A stretch of DNA of 64,000 bases from a virus (lineage: Duplodnaviria; Caudoviricetes), in the IMG/VR virus record IMGVR_UViG_2915066250_000005, positions 17,142 through 81,141 of that record; one strand, 5' to 3'. The notes beneath the pieces are model-generated. The model did not search any database. It worked only from the letters and a program-made list of their open reading frames with translations, and was not told the DNA's origin. Below, piece after piece: positions 45,165-54,149 of the stretch (the first letter of the stretch is position 1; each line of letters starts with the position of its first letter). A program made the position numbers and the translations under genes.

Positions 45165-45377
45165 TTAGCTAAAAATCGGTTCTTGCATCCATTGCTCAGA
45201 TAGGCAGATATCCATCCCTATTTTCATAGCCTCATAAACATCTGTCATTGTCCCTCCAAGATTAAGTACCTCATTTTGAATATCTTCTTTTGTCCATCCT
45301 TTTGAACCATTATTTTCTCTTGCAAACTTATCCATGACCTTTTTAACAACAAGTTCTAATACCTCTTTTTCTAACAT
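45165..45377 (-). CDS. Small acidic accessory protein
   Basis: 70 aa, AAGGAGG RBS, inserted between terL and MerR. Confidence 0.55.
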   Translation of the reverse strand: MLEKEVLELVVKKVMDKFARENNGSKGWTKEDIQNEVLNLGGTMTDVYEAMKIGMDICLSEQWMQEPIFS

Positions 45378-45502
45378 TATATTTCCCTCCTTTAACCACT
45401 TTTACTTAGTTTTTATAGGTTAAACGAAGTTGAATATGAGTACAACCCACTTGTAAGAAATAGGACTTTTAATGTCGAAATTAAGTACTTAATTGTAGTT
45501 TT

Positions 45503-47098
45503 TTAAATGAATAGAATCCCTCTCCCGTCATAGACACTTTCTGTATTGGCATTTCCACATCTTATTGCTCTATCTAGTGCCATTATAGTTGCGATAGCAC
45601 CATCTATTTTTTCTGTAGACTTTTCCTTATCTGCCTTTATGTTTCCAGCAGGATCGGTTCTAATAAAGATATTGTCCATCATCCATCTAAGAACTGGATT
45701 TCCACCATGAGCAAGCTTTTGCTCTAAGGTTAATTTCATAAGCTCCTTGGTTGGTGGACTCATATCCTTAAAGCCTTGTCCAAAAGGAACTACGGTAAAT
45801 CCCATATTTTCTAGGTTTTGTACCATCTGAACAGCACCCCAACGGTCAAAGGCAATTTCTCTAATGTTGAACCTTTCTCCTAGCTTTTCTATGAATTTTT
45901 CAATATATCCATAGTGAACAACATTACCTTCTGTTGTCTGAATGTATCCTTGTCTTTCCCAAACATCATATGGTACATTGTCACGCTTAACTCTTAAATC
46001 CAGAGTCTCTTCCGGTAGCCAAAAGAAAGGCATAATGCAAAATTTATCGTCTTCATCTATTGGTGGAAAGACTAAAACAAAGGCTGTAATATCCGTTGTT
46101 GATGAAAGGTCAAGACCTCCGTAGCAAACTCTACCTTCCAGTTCTTCCTTATTGACTGCAAAAGAACAAGCATCCCACTTTTCCATTGGCATCCATCTGA
46201 TAGCTTGTTTTACCCACTGGTTAAGTCTTAATTGTCTGAAGGAATTTTCTTCACCCGGATTTTGCTTTGCTGATTCGCAGGCTGCCTTTACTTTATCTAT
46301 TCCAACTGTCACACCAAGCGATGGATTTGCTTTCTTCCATACTTTTGGATCTGTCCAGTCGTCTTCCTCATCTGCTCCATAAATCACTGGATAAAAAGTG
46401 GGATCAATTTTTCTTCCTTCTAAAATATCCTTAGCCTTTTGGTGTGTTTCATAGCAAATAGAATGCGTATCTGTACCTGCAGTTGTGATAAGAAAATATA
46501 AAGGCTGAGTTCTTGCATCACCTGAACCTTTAGTCATAACATCAAAGAGTTTTCTGTTTGGCTGGGTATGAAGTTCATCAAATACTACTCCATGAATATT
46601 AAAACCGTGTTTGGAGTAGGCTTCTGCTGATAAGACTTGATAGAAAGAATTTGTTGGCTGAAAAATAATTCTTTTCTGTGATGCCAGTATCTTAACTCTT
46701 CTATTCAGTGCAGGGCACATCCTTACCATATCAGCTGCAACATCAAAAACGATAGTAGCCTGCTGTCTATCAGCAGCACAGCCATAAACTTCTGCTCTTT
46801 CTTCTCCATCGCCACAACAAAGAAGTAAGGCAACAGCAGCTGCAAGTTCACTCTTACCCATCTTCTTTGGGATTTCAATGTAGGCTGTATTAAACTGTCT
46901 ATATCCATTTGGCTTAATTACGCCAAATAAATCTCGTATGATTTGTTCTTGCCAAGGAAGTAACTTAAATGGCTTACCAGCCCATGTCCCTTTGGTGTGG
47001 CTTAGGCATTCAATGAAATTTACAGCATAGTCTGCGTGATCTTTGCTATAAATAGAATCTTTTAATTTAAATTTTGTAGTCTTGTATTTTGCCATCAA
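45503..47098 (-). CDS. terL: Terminase large subunit
   Basis: LLPWQ, IPKKMGKSE Walker A, FDELH, GGLDLSSTTD, KIDG. Confidence 0.96.
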   Translation of the reverse strand: MMAKYKTTKFKLKDSIYSKDHADYAVNFIECLSHTKGTWAGKPFKLLPWQEQIIRDLFGVIKPNGYRQFNTAYIEIPKKMGKSELAAAVALLLCCGDGEERAEVYGCAADRQQATIVFDVAADMVRMCPALNRRVKILASQKRIIFQPTNSFYQVLSAEAYSKHGFNIHGVVFDELHTQPNRKLFDVMTKGSGDARTQPLYFLITTAGTDTHSICYETHQKAKDILEGRKIDPTFYPVIYGADEEDDWTDPKVWKKANPSLGVTVGIDKVKAACESAKQNPGEENSFRQLRLNQWVKQAIRWMPMEKWDACSFAVNKEELEGRVCYGGLDLSSTTDITAFVLVFPPIDEDDKFCIMPFFWLPEETLDLRVKRDNVPYDVWERQGYIQTTEGNVVHYGYIEKFIEKLGERFNIREIAFDRWGAVQMVQNLENMGFTVVPFGQGFKDMSPPTKELMKLTLEQKLAHGGNPVLRWMMDNIFIRTDPAGNIKADKEKSTEKIDGAIATIMALDRAIRCGNANTESVYDGRGILFI

Positions 47099-47181
47099 CT
47101 CACCCCCTTTTAGGCATAAAAAATACAGCCCACCGGCTGCTAGTACGAGAAACAGAGCCTAGGCTCTGGAACTCTTGTTTT

Positions 47182-47484
47182 TTAGTTTCTTGCTTCTTTA
47201 ATTGCTTGGTAAGCCTTGTTGATGTCTTGTCTTAAGGTTTCTGAGTCGCAGAAGATTTCAAATTCTTTTTCTGTTAACTTTCCTTTGGAAAGTTCCCACA
47301 AACTCTCGTGTGCGTGCTCGGCACAAGTTTTTGCTGTCTGTGCAATGTCTAAAAGATTAATTGCGGCTCCAATTTTTCCTTCTTTTGCTTTTTCTTCTGA
47401 GGCTTTAGCGTATTTTCTACAAGCCTTCATTTCGCTTTCAAGACCCTTTAATGCTTCCTGTTTGTTTCTGTAAATGCTTGTCAT
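47182..47484 (-). CDS. Small accessory protein, cassette 1
   Basis: 100 aa helical; own repeated promoter and AGGAG RBS. Confidence 0.65.
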   Translation of the reverse strand: MTSIYRNKQEALKGLESEMKACRKYAKASEEKAKEGKIGAAINLLDIAQTAKTCAEHAHESLWELSKGKLTEKEFEIFCDSETLRQDINKAYQAIKEARN

Positions 47485-47503
47485 TTTTCTTAATCTCCTT
47501 TGC

Positions 47504-47576
47504 TTTTGGTATGTGTATATTCCCGTATAATCAGAGATATATCAAGTCATTTTTAAAGAAAAATGTACTTTATTTT
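47504..47576 (-). repeat. Cassette promoter repeat copy 1
   Basis: 24-bp core TTTTGGTATGTGTATATTCCCGTA identical in three copies. Confidence 0.85.
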
Positions 47577-47584
47577 ATGATTTT

Positions 47585-47863
47585 TTAGTTTTGTTTTAAT
47601 GCCCACTCAATTGCGTGACCATCATCTTCAAATCTTTCTTCGCTTACTTCCCTTAGTCCAATAAAACCTTCGCATGAATGGTCATCATCCAGAAATTCAT
47701 AAACTGCTGCAAAGTAGCAATTTCCATCTGGGTGATAGTAGTGTCCTACAAGAATCACCCTATCTCCAAAGGTTATGACCTTACCCCATCTAGTTTCTAA
47801 ATCTTCCGGTGTTGCCTGTGTTGGTATCTTGTACTTGTTAGCTAAATCTATCATTTTGCTCAT
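47585..47863 (-). CDS. Small acidic accessory protein, cassette 2
   Basis: 92 aa, D/E-rich, translationally coupled to upstream gene. Confidence 0.65.
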   Translation of the reverse strand: MSKMIDLANKYKIPTQATPEDLETRWGKVITFGDRVILVGHYYHPDGNCYFAAVYEFLDDDHSCEGFIGLREVSEERFEDDGHAIEWALKQN

Positions 47864-47864
47864 C

Positions 47865-48110
47865 TTATTTCCCCTCCAATTCTAAGAATTCATCGTAGGT
47901 GATGAGGCCTTCGTCATAAAACTCAAAGTTTTCATTGCCCTTGTAGAATTCTCTTTCTTTTTCTTCTCTTGCTTTGGCTCTTTTTAGGTATTCGTTCCAG
48001 CCAATCTTGCCTTCGTCATAAAGTTTTCTTTCAGGCTCTCTTTTATAAAGGGCTGCTTTCTTCTCGTTTAGTTTTTTTGTTGCTTCCTTAAAAATTTCTT
48101 GCTTTGTCAT
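47865..48110 (-). CDS. Small accessory protein, cassette 2
   Basis: 81 aa with internal repeat LYDEGKIGWNEYL / FYDEGLITYDEFL. Confidence 0.65.
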   Translation of the reverse strand: MTKQEIFKEATKKLNEKKAALYKREPERKLYDEGKIGWNEYLKRAKAREEKEREFYKGNENFEFYDEGLITYDEFLELEGK

Positions 48111-48127
48111 GTTCGTTTCTCCTTTGT

Positions 48128-48200
48128 TTTTGGTATGTGTATATTCCCGTAATTTGAAGGATATATCAAGTCATTTTTAAAGAAATATGTGCTTTATTTT
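48128..48200 (-). repeat. Cassette promoter repeat copy 2
   Basis: Core plus GATATATCAAGTCATTTTTAAAGAAA shared with copy 1. Confidence 0.85.
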
Positions 48201-48216
48201 CATAATAATTATAGTT

Positions 48217-48390
48217 TTATTTACCATAAAGAATGAAATCAACATAGGCTTTTCTATTCGTTTCAAGAAAATCTACAAGTTCATAAAAGTTCATTTCATA
48301 AGCGATTCTTTGAACTACTCTTATATCAAACATATTAGTAATCCCTGTTTTTCTAATAGCAAGTATCTGTTCCTTTATCTTATCGTTCAT
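48217..48390 (-). CDS. DUF5049-like small protein
   Basis: IKEQILAIRKTGITNMFD...VQRIA......EL..FL. Confidence 0.65.
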   Translation of the reverse strand: MNDKIKEQILAIRKTGITNMFDIRVVQRIAYEMNFYELVDFLETNRKAYVDFILYGK

Positions 48391-48610
48391 CTGAAATCCT
48401 CCTACAAGAATCTTCGCCATAAGCTATGCTTAGGCTACTTCCGTTATCCCAAGAAACCATAATGGAGCCAATATCATCAACTCCCTTTACTGTTCCTTTT
48501 GTACCAATAGGTGGTGCTTGGATATCATCCATAGATACAAGCTCCACTCTACTTCCCACCGGATATCTTTTCCTTATTCCTTCAACAACCTCTCTACTTG
48601 GAAATCTCAT
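48380..48610 (-). CDS. DUF4314-like protein
   Basis: YPVGSRVELVSMDDIQAPPIGTKGTV..VDDIGSI.V.WDNGS.L. Confidence 0.7.
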   Translation of the reverse strand: MRFPSREVVEGIRKRYPVGSRVELVSMDDIQAPPIGTKGTVKGVDDIGSIMVSWDNGSSLSIAYGEDSCRRISDER

Positions 48611-49250
48611 CTTCATGACCTCCATTTCTAAAAGCTGATGATCCAGTAAGCTTTTCAAGAAGTAATTTTCTATCCTTCTTAAATTCATCTCCGATAAAGC
48701 CAAGTTTTAAAAGAAAACATCTAAAGGCATACTTTTCATTGACCACTTCTTTGGAAGATTCGTTGATGCGTTTGGCATTAATGCTCATCTTACAAAGTGC
48801 TGCAATGAATTTTGTATATGTCATTAGATGTTCGTTGTCGATATTTTCAAACCAAGGAAAACTTACTTTTTCTTCATCTTCCTCTATCTCAAGGCTTGTA
48901 ATTCCTAGTGCCTTTTTGATTAAATCGCCCTTATTTTCAAAGATTTTTTCTAGCTTGGATAAATCCACCTTATCCCTTGGAATTGCCACTGTAAGACCCT
49001 GTGTTGCCACAGGTTCGCTTTTACTTTCTTCCTCGGGTATAAAGCCTTCTCCGATAAGGTTGTGAACTAACCTTTCAAGTGCGAAATCATCTTCACATAA
49101 AACCGTCCCCGTCTTATCAATTGTAAAGATTCCAACCTCATAAGCTGTACTTGGCATTCCTAAATACTTGGATTTTTCATTTGTGATTCTTTCAATCCCT
49201 TTGACAAGCTCTTTTCTCTCTTTACCTGTAACATTAAATTTTACTTGCAC
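48594..49250 (-). CDS. Conserved prophage protein (commonly annotated virulence-related)
   Basis: VSFPWF, NEKYAFRCFLLKLGFIG.EFK..RK.LL..L.GSSAF; GTG start. Confidence 0.65.
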   Translation of the reverse strand: MQVKFNVTGKERKELVKGIERITNEKSKYLGMPSTAYEVGIFTIDKTGTVLCEDDFALERLVHNLIGEGFIPEEESKSEPVATQGLTVAIPRDKVDLSKLEKIFENKGDLIKKALGITSLEIEEDEEKVSFPWFENIDNEHLMTYTKFIAALCKMSINAKRINESSKEVVNEKYAFRCFLLKLGFIGDEFKKDRKLLLEKLTGSSAFRNGGHEDEISK

Positions 49251-49268
49251 TTGTTTTTCCTCCTTTAG

Positions 49269-49312
49269 TTTTGGTATGTGTATATTCCCGTACTATCAGA
49301 GATTTATCAAGT
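49269..49312 (-). repeat. Cassette promoter repeat copy 3
   Basis: Same 24-bp core followed by ATCAGAGAT.TATCAAGT. Confidence 0.8.
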
Positions 49313-49324
49313 TATATCTGTGCA

Positions 49325-50917
49325 TTACTTAAAATAAAAGTGCTTAATTCCTGCAAGTACAAAGCATACATTTGGAAGTGCTACACCATTCCCCCACATT
49401 TTGTATTCTGCTGAATCTGTATGAGGATTTGCAAGCCATTTTCTTATCTGTTTTTCACTTCTAGGCTTAGTAGCTTTCGTCACAACTTTCCTATAGGTTT
49501 CAAAGACTTCAGTCCAAAAGTTTAATTCTTCACTGCTAGGATTTTCAGTTTCAAGTCCTTCACACCAACCATCTGGGAAACCTTGAAGTCTGCCACATTC
49601 CCTTGGAGTAAGCCTTCTAACAATATATTTTTGACCCTCAATGCCATTTACAACTGGAGGATCTTTATAGTCACTTGCCACTAAGGTATTAGCTAGATTT
49701 TCCATCGCCTCAGTATGATGGGAGTTTTTGCTGGTTGAAAAAATTTCCTTTTCTACGATAAGTTTACCTTGACCTGCCATCTCACTATGAACACCTTTTG
49801 GACCATCCATCGCACATAATGTACCTGCTGTTTTGTCACAGTAGACAATGGCAAGTCCGCCTTGATTGGCTTCCGGTGAGTTTTGACCTGTATTGATAGT
49901 TCTTGCCACATCGGTTTCATAAACATTAGCTCTATGATTTTTGGTATTTTCTGAGGTAATACGGACATCAAAGGTTCTGGTACTATCTTCTACTACAAAA
50001 GGCTGATTATTTCCTCCAGTTCCAAGGCTTGCCCCTATGGTATTACTTACAGCGAGAGGCCCTTTGAATCTTGAGTCCTGTCCATGATTTTCAAATACCA
50101 GTGGCGGGTGATTTCCTACACTTGCAGTGATTGTTCCGGTCTTTTCTTCATGAAAATCCATCCTCTGACCCCCTTGGTCATTTAAGCATAGATTTGTGAC
50201 TGCATCTCCAGTGCTTTCTTTAAGACCTCCGGCAGTTCTTTTCCACGGGCATTTGCTCTTTTCAAGATGCCAAGACATGCCTTCGGACTCAAATAATATT
50301 TTTCCGGCACTTTCTCCATTAAAATCTGCGACAAGGTAGATACGTCTTCTTCTTTGGGGAACTCCCCAGTACTGAGCATCAAATACCCTCCATGCAAGTG
50401 AGAAATCTCCTGCCATGATAAGTCCTGCGTTTTGCCATTTCTTAGGTCTAGCCTCATCAATTTTATGTCCTTTGATCCCACAGATTTCTTTGAGGACTGA
50501 GAAGAAGTCCTCTCCTTTGTTTGAGGAGAATGCACCTGGAACATTTTCCCAAACGATATATCTTGGTTTTTCTCCATGCGTTTCCTCCCTCATTTCTTTA
50601 ATAATTCTAATTGCCTCATAAAATAAATTAGAGCGAGAACCACTTAGCCCCGCTCTTTTACCTGCTATAGACATATCTTGGCATGGACTTCCAAAAGTGA
50701 TGATGTCCACAGGTTCTATTTCATTTCCTTTAATACCAGATATATCTCCTAAATGTTTTACATCCGGCATTCTTTTTGTAGTTACCCTAATTGGAAATGG
50801 TTCAATTTCTGAACAGCTAATAGGCTTTATACCTACAAGTTTTGCTCCTAAACAAAATCCTCCTGAACCATCAAATAGAGAACAAAGTGTTAGAGGTTTA
50901 TTTTGTTTTTTCTCCAT
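49325..50917 (-). CDS. Phage DNA (cytosine-5)-methyltransferase
   Basis: SLFDGSGG, FGSPCQD, WENVPG, PQRRRRIYLV, RRLTPRECGRLQGFPD, YKMWGNGV. Confidence 0.93.
   Translation of the reverse strand: MEKKQNKPLTLCSLFDGSGGFCLGAKLVGIKPISCSEIEPFPIRVTTKRMPDVKHLGDISGIKGNEIEPVDIITFGSPCQDMSIAGKRAGLSGSRSNLFYEAIRIIKEMREETHGEKPRYIVWENVPGAFSSNKGEDFFSVLKEICGIKGHKIDEARPKKWQNAGLIMAGDFSLAWRVFDAQYWGVPQRRRRIYLVADFNGESAGKILFESEGMSWHLEKSKCPWKRTAGGLKESTGDAVTNLCLNDQGGQRMDFHEEKTGTITASVGNHPPLVFENHGQDSRFKGPLAVSNTIGASLGTGGNNQPFVVEDSTRTFDVRITSENTKNHRANVYETDVARTINTGQNSPEANQGGLAIVYCDKTAGTLCAMDGPKGVHSEMAGQGKLIVEKEIFSTSKNSHHTEAMENLANTLVASDYKDPPVVNGIEGQKYIVRRLTPRECGRLQGFPDGWCEGLETENPSSEELNFWTEVFETYRKVVTKATKPRSEKQIRKWLANPHTDSAEYKMWGNGVALPNVCFVLAGIKHFYFK
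50182..50577 (-). CDS. Nested alternative-frame gene inside C5 MTase (candidate beta-like partner subunit)
   Basis: 131 aa same strand, different frame; GGGAGG 6 nt before ATG; STLSQILMEKVPEKYYLSPKACLGILKRA..RGKELP. Confidence 0.7.
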   Translation of the reverse strand: MEKNQDISFGKMFQVHSPQTKERTSSQSSKKSVGSKDIKLMRLDLRNGKTQDLSWQEISHLHGGYLMLSTGEFPKEEDVSTLSQILMEKVPEKYYLSPKACLGILKRANARGKELPEVLKKALEMQSQIYA

Positions 50918-52160
50918 AAGTTTCCACCTCTTTCACTAAATCTTTATACTGAAATTTCTTACCATTCCTTATTACAAAAACACCATCCTCATCACCAGTA
51001 TCTTCTACATAGCGTCTTAGAATAACAGATGCATACTTTTCATCAAGTTCCATCGTAAAACAGATTCGATTTGTCTTTTCACAAGCCATTAAGGTTGAGC
51101 CACTACCACCAAAGGTATCAATTACGATGGCATTTTCTTGGCTTGAGTTTTGAATCGGATAGGAAAGTAAATCTAGTGGCTTTGATGTCGGATGATTTTC
51201 ATTTCTCTTTGGTTTATCAAAGTTCCAAATGGTTGTTTGTTTTCTATCGGAATACCATGAATGCTTACCATTTTTAAGAAAGCCATAAAGCACAGGTTCA
51301 TGTTGCCACTGATAGTCACTTCTACCAAGAACAAGTGAGTTCTTTACCCATATACAACAGCCTGCAAGATGAAATCCTGCATCAATAAAAGCTTTTCTAA
51401 AATTAAGACCTTCCGTATCAGCGTGAAATATATAGGCTGCTCCACCACTTTCCAAATGCCCCGCCATATTTTGAAAGGATAGAAGAAGGAAATTATAAAA
51501 CTCTTCCTCTTTCATCGAATCGTTTTTTATCGTAAGTCCACTGGCACTTTTAAATGAGACCCCATAAGGGGGATCGGTAATAATGAGATTGGCTTTTTTA
51601 CCACCCATCAAAGTATCTACATCTTCCTTACTTGTTGCATCACCACACATCAAAGTGTGTTTGCCAACAGTCCAGATATCACCTTTTTCTACAAAGGCAG
51701 CTTTTTCAAGTGCTGATGTCAAGTCAAATTTATCATCTTCCACCGTTTCCTTCTCAGAGTTTCCAAATAACTCATCAAGTTCTGCTCCATCAAAACCGGT
51801 AAGTGCTAAATCAAAATCCATGCCTTCTAATTCTTCAATCTCAATTCGGAGTAGTTCCTCATCCCAGCCAGCATCAAGTGCCATTTTGTTGTCAGCTATG
51901 ATATATGCTTTCTTCTGTGCCTCAGATAGATAGTCTACAAGTACACATGGCACTTCTTCCATCTTTTCTTCCTTAGCTGCCATAACTCTTCCGTGACCTG
52001 CGATGATATTAAACTTGGAATCAATGATAACCGGATTGATAAAACCAAATTCTCGTAAAGAGGATCTAAGTTTCATAATCTGCTCTGGAGAGTGAGTTCT
52101 TGCATTATTCACATAAGGGACTAGTTTACTAATTTCCACCATTTCCATTTTTGTTTTCAT
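50898..52160 (-). CDS. ParB-N-terminal domain fused to amino DNA methyltransferase
   Basis: LVPYVNNARTH, FGFINPV, IAGHGR, IADNK; ITDPPY; HPTSKP; DTFGGSGST. Confidence 0.9.
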   Translation of the reverse strand: MKTKMEMVEISKLVPYVNNARTHSPEQIMKLRSSLREFGFINPVIIDSKFNIIAGHGRVMAAKEEKMEEVPCVLVDYLSEAQKKAYIIADNKMALDAGWDEELLRIEIEELEGMDFDLALTGFDGAELDELFGNSEKETVEDDKFDLTSALEKAAFVEKGDIWTVGKHTLMCGDATSKEDVDTLMGGKKANLIITDPPYGVSFKSASGLTIKNDSMKEEEFYNFLLLSFQNMAGHLESGGAAYIFHADTEGLNFRKAFIDAGFHLAGCCIWVKNSLVLGRSDYQWQHEPVLYGFLKNGKHSWYSDRKQTTIWNFDKPKRNENHPTSKPLDLLSYPIQNSSQENAIVIDTFGGSGSTLMACEKTNRICFTMELDEKYASVILRRYVEDTGDEDGVFVIRNGKKFQYKDLVKEVETYGEKTK

Positions 52161-52172
52161 AAACTCACCCCA

Positions 52173-52955
52173 TTAAAAAAGACCCCATTCAGCGAATTTC
52201 TCAAATCCACCAATAGAGTCTATATACTTTCTTGCGATATTCACGATTTCGCTATACGGCTTACCGTCAACTACTTCATCACCAATGGCACAGCTAAGTT
52301 CAATCAGTCTTTGTTCCACCTGTGCTTTAAGAAAAGCGTAGATATTTACTGATATATCTGCTTTGGATAAGTCTTTACCATGAAGGCCTCCACCTGTAAC
52401 TGAGTCTGACATATCTGAACCAAGCTTTCTGTTAGTAGCACCTGTATCAACATTAAATCCACCAGTCCAATCTCCTAATGGATTTACGATTGCATTTGGA
52501 TAAAATTTTTCAAGTTCATTTTTTCTTGCATTACTTTGACAAATAATAAGCTTTGCATCATCTAGGATATATTTGCCATCATATGGATATTTAGAATAAA
52601 TTTTTCTTGCTATCTTAGATAGCTGTTTTTGTTCAAGTGTAAGAGGTACTCCTTTAAAGATGCCATTATCTCCACATCTAATATTCCTTTTTTGATTACT
52701 AGATAGATGCTTATCTTGAGGAACTATTACTATATCCTTTTTTACATTTCCTGCAATACGAGCTATTGCCTCTTTAATGTCCTTATACTTAAAATTGACC
52801 GTGCTTTCTATAATCACATGACAAACACCATGACCGATTAATACTTCTACGGCAACTTTAGGATTATCACAATTTTTATATGCTATATCTACAATCGCAC
52901 CTGCTATTCTATCTGCGATTTTATACGGGTGTTTTGGATTTACTTTTTCTATCAT
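52173..52955 (-). CDS. Short S-adenosylmethionine synthetase-like protein
   Basis: EKVNPKHPYKIADRIAGA, GDNG, NP.G.WTGG..DTG.T.RK, GGGLHGKDLSKAD; HPDK motif reads HPYK. Confidence 0.75.
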   Translation of the reverse strand: MIEKVNPKHPYKIADRIAGAIVDIAYKNCDNPKVAVEVLIGHGVCHVIIESTVNFKYKDIKEAIARIAGNVKKDIVIVPQDKHLSSNQKRNIRCGDNGIFKGVPLTLEQKQLSKIARKIYSKYPYDGKYILDDAKLIICQSNARKNELEKFYPNAIVNPLGDWTGGFNVDTGATNRKLGSDMSDSVTGGGLHGKDLSKADISVNIYAFLKAQVEQRLIELSCAIGDEVVDGKPYSEIVNIARKYIDSIGGFEKFAEWGLF

Positions 52956-52960
52956 TTTTC

Positions 52961-53533
52961 TTATCTCCTTCTTCTTAATAGCTGCTCCATAAGGTCATCG
53001 CTATCTTCTTCATAAATTTCTGTACAGTTCTGTTTGACGATGTCGTATATCTCATACCAAATAAGATTTGCTGTTTTTTGAAACTGTGATGACATCTGAA
53101 TAAATGGCGAAGCAATTACTCCACCTGTTGTTGGATGCTTTCCAAGCATTCCATACCTGCTAATAGCATCCTCGCACTGAATATATCTGGCAAAGGCCTG
53201 TGAATATGACTCAATCAATCTTTTATTTACTAACTTTTCGCATTTTCTCTCCTTTAGCCACAGCCATGTTTCTTTATATATTTCATCTGCGCCTAGTGGA
53301 ATACCATCCTTTTGTTTTGCAGATAGGTACTCACCAGGTTTTGGCATATCTATTCCATCAAGTTCTACACCATCAGGTAAATCTACAGAATCAAGTTCTG
53401 CATAGTACATATCCGGTATATCATTTGCAAGCAGTTTTACTTTTTCTCCATTTTGTATTTTTTCAGCTATTGGCCTTGGTTTATCTCCTGCTTTTACTCT
53501 TCTGCCACCTCTGTATGTTCCATCTTTGGCCAC
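52961..53533 (-). CDS. terS: Terminase small subunit (P27-like)
   Basis: KDGT.RGG.R..AG, RYIQCE..I...G.L.KHPTTG...ASPF; likely GTG start. Confidence 0.8.
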   Translation of the reverse strand: MAKDGTYRGGRRVKAGDKPRPIAEKIQNGEKVKLLANDIPDMYYAELDSVDLPDGVELDGIDMPKPGEYLSAKQKDGIPLGADEIYKETWLWLKERKCEKLVNKRLIESYSQAFARYIQCEDAISRYGMLGKHPTTGGVIASPFIQMSSQFQKTANLIWYEIYDIVKQNCTEIYEEDSDDLMEQLLRRRR

Positions 53534-53584
53534 ATTCATCACTTCCTTTCCATTCATATTTTTTAGTTTTCTTTAATACCCTCT

Positions 53585-53665
53585 TTGAACCTGCATTTTT
53601 GTGCGTGAGACCCCACGCCCGTTCCCCAAGGGATAGGTTCGTAGAGATAATGACCGCCCCTTCCC
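53585..53665. other. Probable cos/packaging region
   Basis: G-rich non-coding stretch between HNH and terS, the usual cos position in HK97-like phages; cut site not determined. Confidence 0.4.
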
Positions 53666-53667
53666 CT

Positions 53668-54036
53668 TTATTTTTTATTCCAACGGTCTCCTCTTTCTGC
53701 ATGAATTCTCGCATGACACGATTTGCATAAAGATATCAAATTACTTTTATTATGATTTCCACCTTCAGAAAGAGGTTTTATGTGATGCACTTCTTCTACA
53801 GGTACTAAAATTTTCTTCTTAAAACACTCCTCACAAAATGGGTGCTCCTTAACATAAGCATCTCTTACTCTTTTCCACACTCGTCCGTACCTACGAGATG
53901 CAGCAGGATTCCTGTCGTACTTCTCGTATCGTTTGTTCTCTTCCCTTTGATGCTTTTCACAGAACCTACCATCGGTTAGGTTAGGACATCCTGGATAAGA
54001 ACATGGACGCTTTGGCTTTCTTGGCAAGTCTTCCAC
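53668..54036 (-). CDS. Terminase-associated HNH endonuclease
   Basis: CSYPGC, CEKH, HPFCEEC, VHHIKPL..GG....NL.SLC..CH. Confidence 0.9.
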   Translation of the reverse strand: MEDLPRKPKRPCSYPGCPNLTDGRFCEKHQREENKRYEKYDRNPAASRRYGRVWKRVRDAYVKEHPFCEECFKKKILVPVEEVHHIKPLSEGGNHNKSNLISLCKSCHARIHAERGDRWNKK

Positions 54037-54047
54037 CTCCTTTTGGG

Positions 54048-54088
54048 CATAAGAAAAGCCCTGAAGGAATTCTCCCTCAAGGCTTAGC
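54048..54088 (-). terminator. Terminator-like hairpin between RinA-like gene and HNH
   Basis: AAGCC-TGA...TCA-GGCTT stem. Confidence 0.45.
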
Positions 54089-54149
54089 TTTATTTATACT
54101 TTTTACAAGTATATCATACCACATTAGCTTATGTGACATCTACTGACAA

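Noticed and set aside
47504-49312. CRISPR-like array or mini-array
   Set aside because: Repeats are separated by 550-1070 bp of coding sequence and carry promoter/RBS features. The Cas4-like DUF2800 genes are ordinary phage replication-module nucleases.
49753-49971. Second nested ORF (72 aa) in the C5 MTase
   Set aside because: No convincing SD and no recognisable motif, unlike 50182-50577.
53200-53730. ORFs spanning the HNH-terS gap
   Set aside because: They overlap the probable cos region and terS in other frames and have low-complexity translations.
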